Source: Fonticula-like sp. SCN 57-25
Taxonomy: Eukaryota
DNA: 32,154 nt
NCBI GenBank assembly: GCA_001724245.1
Contig: MEDX01000043.1
Coordinates: forward strand, 1 to 32,154
Direction of reading: 5' to 3'
The translations under genes were made by a program, and so were the position numbers. The notes beneath the pieces were generated by a model. The model searched no databases, had not been told where the DNA came from, and was given only the letters and a program-made list of their open reading frames with translations. Numbering within the stretch: the first letter of the stretch is position 1; the number at the start of each line of letters is the position of its first letter. Positions 26,101-32,154 of the stretch are shown here, piece by piece.

Positions 26101-29100
26101 ACTCCGGCAGCGGCGGCTCTCGCGAGCTCATCCAGCGCATGCTGAGTGCTGTCGGCGGCCTTGGCAAGCGCAATCTCGGAATCCGTCGGGACGCTACCGC
26201 TCTCGCGGTGCTCCTGCGCGAGTTTGCTGGCAAAGCCGTGCTGGGACTCGAGGCCGCCCTTGTTGTTTGCAGCACGAAGAGCAGCGATGCTCGCCTCCAC
26301 ATCCTCGAGCGATCCGGACTGGGTGTTTGATGGAATAATCTTGCCCGCCGCATTAAGAATGTCAATCACGCGGTCGATGGCCTCGTCGGTCTCGGCGACA
26401 CGCTCCGCCGTCGGTCCTTGAGCAGCCAGGTCGCTGCCGGCCTTTTGAAGAGACTTGTTAAAGTCGAGGATCATCGGCGGCACCTCCTCGCCCAGCTCAC
26501 GTGCACGGCGAGCATTGAGGTCGGCGTTCTTGGAAACATCCTCGCCGTAAGCCGCCAGCTTGGTCTGAAGGTCCGTTGCCTCCTGCTGAATCGCCGCGCC
26601 ATCCGTGGGTTTTGAAAGGTCGGGCTGCGCAGCGGTGCGCAGGACAGCCTCGATGCGACGACGGTCGGGAGGGTACGAGACATTGGGATCCGACGAGCCC
26701 TTGTTGACAGCAACAAGCGCCCGCGCGGCAATACCTGCAATGTCCTTGCGCACTTTCGTAGCGGCCGCGCCATCCGAGCCAATCTTTTCTGCAGCGGACG
26801 CCGCCTGTGCCATCTCATTAATGCAAGGCTCGATCGCGGCCTTTGTCTCGGCCGCCGCATCCATCAACGACTTGGGCTCGTTGCGGAAAATCTCCTCGAC
26901 GAGCTTTGCCGATTTTACGACTGAAGGATCCGCCTTGACAATCTCCCCGCTCGTTCCCTTGGCGTCCTTCTTGTCCAAAAACTTCTTGGCGCAGCGGAGG
27001 ACGCTGAGGGCCGCGCTGATGTTGTCAGCCAATGAACTGAGGCTGGCCGGCTCGATCACGGAAGCGGGTGCCGTGCCGGATTGAGCCGACGATGAACGAA
27101 CAATGGTCACACCGGCAGCCTTGGCGCCCGACACCTTGCTGACGGTGAGCATGCTGTTACGCGCACTAAACAGATCGGTCTTTGATCCCTTCTTGGCCGG
27201 CAAAAGACCAGCAGCAGCGTTCAATAGGCCATTGGCGCGCGCAAGCTCGTTCAACAGGTCAGAAGTCTGATCGCCAGTCTGGCGACCGTCGTGTGCAGCG
27301 CCGAGCATCGCAATCTTGTCGCCACATGCGCGAAGAGCGTCCGGGAGGTTCTTCTCCAGATCCGACAGGGCAGCGTCATCCAAGAGGTCCTTGTTCAGCT
27401 GGGCAAGGGCTTCATGGATCGCAGCGGCAAGGTCGCGCGCATCGCCGAGCGTCTTGGGGGCGTTCTTGGGCCTGAGCTCCGGCGGAAGGCGCGCAATAAT
27501 CTCCTCGATGCGCTTCCTCTCTGCCTCATCAAGCAAGCTGCTGTCGGGGTCGTGCAGCCTCTTGGCAAGGAGCTCACGCAAATCCTCTTCGCAGTTGCGC
27601 AGATCGTCGCGGCGACGAGCACGCTCAGACTTGGCGAGAACCTTATCGCGAGAGAGAGCCTCGTCGGCGAGGATGGCGCTGACAACGTTGGCGATTTCAC
27701 TCAACGGCACGCTCGTGGCACCAACTGCCTTTTTGACATTGACCTTGGGATCCTTGGCAGCTGCCGAGCCCATGGCCGACGCCGTTTTGCGGGCGTCCTC
27801 GATTAGCGAGGCAAGCGTCTGCATGTTCGCCGACGCTCCTAGCAGGGCCCCGCTCGACGAAGAGCGCACAAAGGACGCGGAACTAGATTCATCGTCGACA
27901 TTGACGTCACGAAGCGCCTGCTCGAGCGCGGCAAAGTCCGCGACCGGTCGGCCGGAACCGGAGCCGTGTTGCATGAGGAGGGCCTCCGCCGCATCGAGCG
28001 CCCCGTTCGCGCTGTCCAGCGAAGAGTCAAACTGCCCAGGGTCGGAAGAACCGTTCGCCACCTTGCGAACAACAGCGTCAAAGACTGCCGAGAGATTCTT
28101 CTTTTGCTCGTCGGCCATGCGCTTGGCCTCCTCGCCGGCACCGTCGAGAGTGCTCGAAAAGTTTGCAAGGGCGGCGCGGGATCCCTCGATACGGTCGTGC
28201 AGCTGCTGGATGCCCTTGAGATCGGCCGTCACACCCTCGGGGGTTTCACCAAGGCGGGTCATATTGACGCGCAAACGAGCCGCGTCCGCCGTGCGCAAAA
28301 TATTGGGGTTGCGCTCATCGGCAACATTGCTGCCTGACTCGTCGAGAATCTCTTGGAATTCGCTCTCGAGCGCAGCCAAGTCCTCGGCATTGATGGCCTG
28401 GCCCTTGCTAGCCAACTTGGCGGACAGCTTGGCGAGCTCCTGCTCCCGCGACGTCAGGTCCTTCTTAATAGCGGCAACGTCACCATCCACGGCGCGCTTT
28501 TCGTCGTCGAGCAGCTTCAAGGCCGATTCCTCGGTCATAAGGAGCGTCGAGGGCACCATGGACATGTCGCGGCTTTTGCTTGATTCGGCCAACACACCGC
28601 GGGAGAGAGCGATCGCGCGTGCAAGGTCAACTGCGCTCGGATGAGCACCGCTTGCAGCAAGTCGGATGACGTGATCTTCCTCATAGCGGCTGGCTTGGCG
28701 ACCAGACTGGTTCAAATGATCATAGATTTCCTGCAACCCGATGGGGCGCGCAGCGTCCTGGACGAGGCCCTGAACCAGCTCCGCAAGAGCGTCGGTTTCC
28801 GCAATGGCGTCATCCATGGCTTGGCGATCACGCCCGTCCGTGGCTGCGTCCTCGACATCGGAGGCATTCGCCAAAAGTGCCGCCGGGAGCATTGTTTGAA
28901 GAGCCTTGGCAAGATCTTCCGAGCGCTGAACGCTTGACGGAATGGTTCCGCGGAAGGCGTTGATGGCAGACTGTGCGTCCAGAAGAGCGTCATCAAGGGC
29001 TTGCGCCCTGGACAGCGCATCTCCCTTGTCATCCTTGAGAAGTGCAACCCGCTCAACGTCGTTGCGAAGCTCGCCGCGCAGAGCAGCGCCATCGTCGCCT

Positions 29101-31349
29101 CCAAAAATGTTGGGATTCGCAGACGCGGAGTACGCGTTGATGGTGCCCTCCAGCGAGCGCTCGGCGCGAGCAATAGCCTCATCCAGCTGCTTGCTGTAAT
29201 CACCGTTGGGGTCCTTGGATACGAGCTTTGACAACGCAGCAAGTTCGTCGCGCTGCGCCTGAAGGTCGGCGTTGCGCTTGTTCATCGCTTCCTCTGCCGA
29301 TGCCGCAGCCAAGCGCGCCAACGCCGGCTCGTTCGAGATAACGGGGACCACCTCGCGAGCAACGTCTGAAAGCGGCTTGCGCGTCCCGCGGGCAGCAGAC
29401 GCCAGCTGCTGCTTGTTCTCCGGGTCGCTCTTCTTCACATCGGCAATGGCATTGCTCAGATCCGCGAGAGCGATCTCGAGCGGTGTCAGCTGGCGACCAT
29501 GCACATTCGCGCTCCGAACACCCCTAGTAACACTCACGCCTTGCGCCGAAACGGACGACCTGACAACATTGGACGTATTGTGCTTTGTGTTCATGCTCGA
29601 ACGCAATGCCGTGGCGCCAGGAATGACAGAGTCAACCGAATCAACAAGGCCTCCAACCTGGTCTGCAACCGCCAGCAGGCGCGCCGCCGAGTCGGCGTCG
29701 TTGAGATCCCTGGCGATTCCCTTGGCCGCAGCGTCGAGGCCCTGCACAGCCTGGCCTATCATGGCCTTCTCCTTGGCCATGCGCTCATCGAGAGCCTGTA
29801 GGTAAGCCAAGATTTCCTTCTTGGTCGCCTCGCTGGCAGAATTGATCCCATCCTTGCTGGGATTCGCGCCGGCGCCGTTGGCGGCGCGATCTTGCAAATG
29901 ACTGCGGAGCAGCGCCGTGCGCTCGTCCCCAAAGAGATCGGGATCGTTCTGAGGGGAAATGTCGGCGGTCGCAGCCTGTGCAATCTGGCGCAGCTGCTCG
30001 TCATAGAAAGAAGCAGCACTGCTTCCAGCAGGAAGAGACGCCTGGAGCTTCTCCAGCTCCTTGACGCGCTCGAGCAACCCGTGCTTGGCGCGCGCGGCGG
30101 CATCGGCCATACGCTTGTTGCGATCGTTCAAAGCAGACTCGGTAGACTCGGGCAGCATGCCGAGCGCCGACGAAATCTTGCCCTTGGCGGCCCGGACACG
30201 GTCATCGTCTAGCGACTGTGACACGGCTTCGCGCGTAATCTCACGCAACCCTACATTGGCTGCGTCGACCACCTGAGCAAGCTTGCGCTGGCTCGGTGTG
30301 ATGAAAATGCCGGCCTTGGAAAGGTCCTCCAGTCGCTTAGAGCTGCTGTTTTCATAGTCGTCCTCGTCGTCGGCAAGCGTGACCTGCGCTTGGTCTTGAG
30401 CGGTTTGGAACTCGCGCAGAAAGATGGGCGCAAGATCAATGCGCGAAATGCGGGTGCGCTCGTCGGCAATGATACGCGACAGATCGCTAATGCAAAAGTC
30501 CAGCTCGGAAAAGGCCGCCGCAGTAACGGCGTACACCTCCTCCACCTTGTTGGCGGGTGCTTGGAGAAGAACGTTAATTTCGTCCGCGACTTTGTCATTA
30601 AGGTCATTCACAAGGTCAAAGAAGCCGTCGAGCGTCTTTGAAAGAGGGCCGGCGGTTGTGGGCTGCAACGCCATGTTGCTGGCGCTCTCCGCGAGGTTGG
30701 CGAAAAAGTCGGTCGCCTCCTGGTAGCTATCCACGAGGACGTCCTTGCGAGCATGCGACGCCTGCTCGCGCACGCCTTCCAGCGCGCTCGTCACTGTCTT
30801 CAGCTTGTCCTTGGAAACATCAAGGTCCCACTCCAAGCGCTCAATGAAAGAAAGGCGCGCAAAGTGATAAAAACTGCAGACGGCTTGGCCGACTTCCAGG
30901 AGGAAGGTGCAAAAGGTCTGGTAGAAATCGTCCCTCGACGCGTCAAGGAAGACATTCTTAACGTGGCGGTTGTACGTTTCCTTGGTAACCTTGTCCGCCT
31001 GTTGCAGACGAAGCTTGATCTCCTTGTAAACATCCTTTGTTTTGGCGATGGTGAACGCGGCGTACTTTAGCTGCGTTTCGACAATGCTGCGGCACATTGG
31101 TTAGCTGGCGTGTTGGAGCGCCATGGACTGCCACGAACCTTTGCAGCTTGTCCGTCAGATCCTTGCGCTTCTTGATATCCACGACGCCGCGCTCATGGTA
31201 AGCAACGACTGTCGTCGCGAGCAGGATAAGCTCGTCGAGGAACACGGGATTGTCGAGCGACCGCTCGTACAGGACGCGCCCCTCTGCACCTCACCGTTAG
31301 AACTATACCCCGCAATACGCACACAAATGCAATGCTACGTACGCGACAT
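20154..31349 (-). CDS. Giant protein of about 3694 aa: vinculin-like N-terminus, ten degenerate helical repeats, C-terminal RasGEF (REM + CDC25-like) module
   Basis: Exons 31349-31343, 31283-31139 and 31086-20154 join in frame (11085 nt). REM-like: GSMNHLVNYLT...RYFLLAMDPICTPEMLIEKMIERF...VQKRVISFIKQYI. CDC25-like: SPHDVANQLTLAD...LLQLNNFHSANAVLTGLRSGPVSQL...PHIP. Confidence 0.85.
21870..30300 (-). repeat. Ten protein-level repeats with a period of about 250-310 aa inside the giant protein (boundaries approximate)
   Basis: A DP(N/H/D)hF...LR..L anchor recurs near 29935, 29105, 28300, 27545, 26680, 25790, 24865, 23950, 23055 and 22230, usually followed by an EL...LP..LR..N motif. The repeat is not evident at DNA level. 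Confidence 0.7.
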
Positions 31350-31580
31350 GGCCAAGGAGCGGGGGTCCGATCCCGTCAATGGAGTCTCTTGGCAAACCTG
31401 TGCTCGCGCCCCGCACCACACTTCGAAACCGCGGACGCCGAGGTGCCAGCTACAATGACTGGATTGGCTGGTTCCCACAATCAGATCGCCGAATCTCACT
31501 TTGCACGTCAGTTTGCAGTTCGCAGTTTGCATCACAGTTTGCTGTCCGTGTCATCGGAGCGGGGCAGGAGCGAGCGCATC
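31350..31580. promoter_or_regulatory. Bidirectional promoter between the giant gene and HAAO
   Basis: 231 nt between divergent ATGs; ATTGG at 31463-31467, TGCACGTCAG at 31502-31511, and CAGTT(T/C)G four times at 31509-31541. Confidence 0.45.
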
Positions 31581-32154
31581 ATGGAGGACAAGCCAGTCAA
31601 GTTTGAACAATGGATCGAAGAAATTCGGCCTACTCTCCAGCCTCCAGTGGGTATGCAACTGTAGGTTACATGTGCTGAGCCGCTTTCTGACGAAATCACG
31701 CTAGCGAACCGCCTGTTGTACAAGGAGCAGATCAAGGTCATGGTTGTGGGGGGGCCGAACCTTCGCAAGGACTTTCACCTTGAGGACGGTGAAGTACGCG
31801 TGCTGGGGGCTGTATTTGTGCTTATACTGTGTATAGGAACTTTTCTATCAGCTGAAGGGCGACATGCGCCTGGACGTTATGGAGCGCGGGAAGCTGCGCC
31901 AGATTGTAATCAAGGAAGGCGAAATCTTTCTCCTGCCCGGGCGCATCCCTCACTCGCCTCAGGTGCGCTGCCACACTACCTTTATATGCGTAGCTATTCG
32001 TTGACTTTGTTTTTGTGTGTAGCGCTTTGCCAATACTGTGGGCCTTGTGGTTGAGCGCGATCGCTCCCCGGAGGAGATCGACGGCCTTCGCTGGTACGTT
32101 GGCGACAGCGACAAGATCCTGTACGAAGAATACTTTCACTGCACCGATCTGGGC
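31581..32154 (+). CDS. HAAO: 3-hydroxyanthranilate 3,4-dioxygenase (kynurenine pathway), 5' part; truncated by the window edge
   Basis: Splicing three introns gives [19 protein letters not shown]...[29 protein letters not shown]...[30 protein letters not shown]...DGLRWY...FHCTDLG, with the cupin His/Glu/His iron ligands. Confidence 0.95.

Noticed and set aside
20407-31070. Many antisense ORFs up to 442 aa opposite the giant gene
   Set aside because: Expected from GC-rich codon usage; the products are Ser/Ala/Arg-rich with no recognisable motifs.
20154-31097. Giant ORF as a viral, transposon or tape-measure-like insertion
   Set aside because: It has host-type introns and start context, a eukaryotic RasGEF module, composition like its neighbours, and no terminal repeats or mobility genes.

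Overview
Very compact, GC-rich nuclear DNA from a eukaryote, probably a protist; the lineage cannot be fixed from this window alone. It uses the standard genetic code. I reconstructed ten genes by hand-splicing about 51 short (about 45-75 nt) GT-AG introns. In order: 3' end of prolidase (+); NFU1 (-); a ~22-intron USP9/24/34-type deubiquitinase (-); a WCPPC nucleoredoxin/tryparedoxin-like protein (+); a ~1090-aa charged-helix + EPLIN-type LIM + fimbrin-type CH protein (-); an SLC37/GlpT-type MFS transporter (+); an OAC1/SLC25A34/35-type mitochondrial carrier (-); GPR89/GPHR (+); a ~3694-aa giant protein (-); and the 5' part of HAAO (+). The best candidate for an undescribed system is the giant protein: a vinculin-like N-terminus, ten ~250-310-aa degenerate helical repeats and a C-terminal REM+CDC25 RasGEF module, almost all on one 10.9-kb exon. 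Also notable: the carrier and GPR89 genes may start from one palindromic CATG, and no intron donor has the usual A at +4. No RNA genes, CRISPR arrays or mobile elements were seen. Family calls rest on recalled motifs, not database searches.
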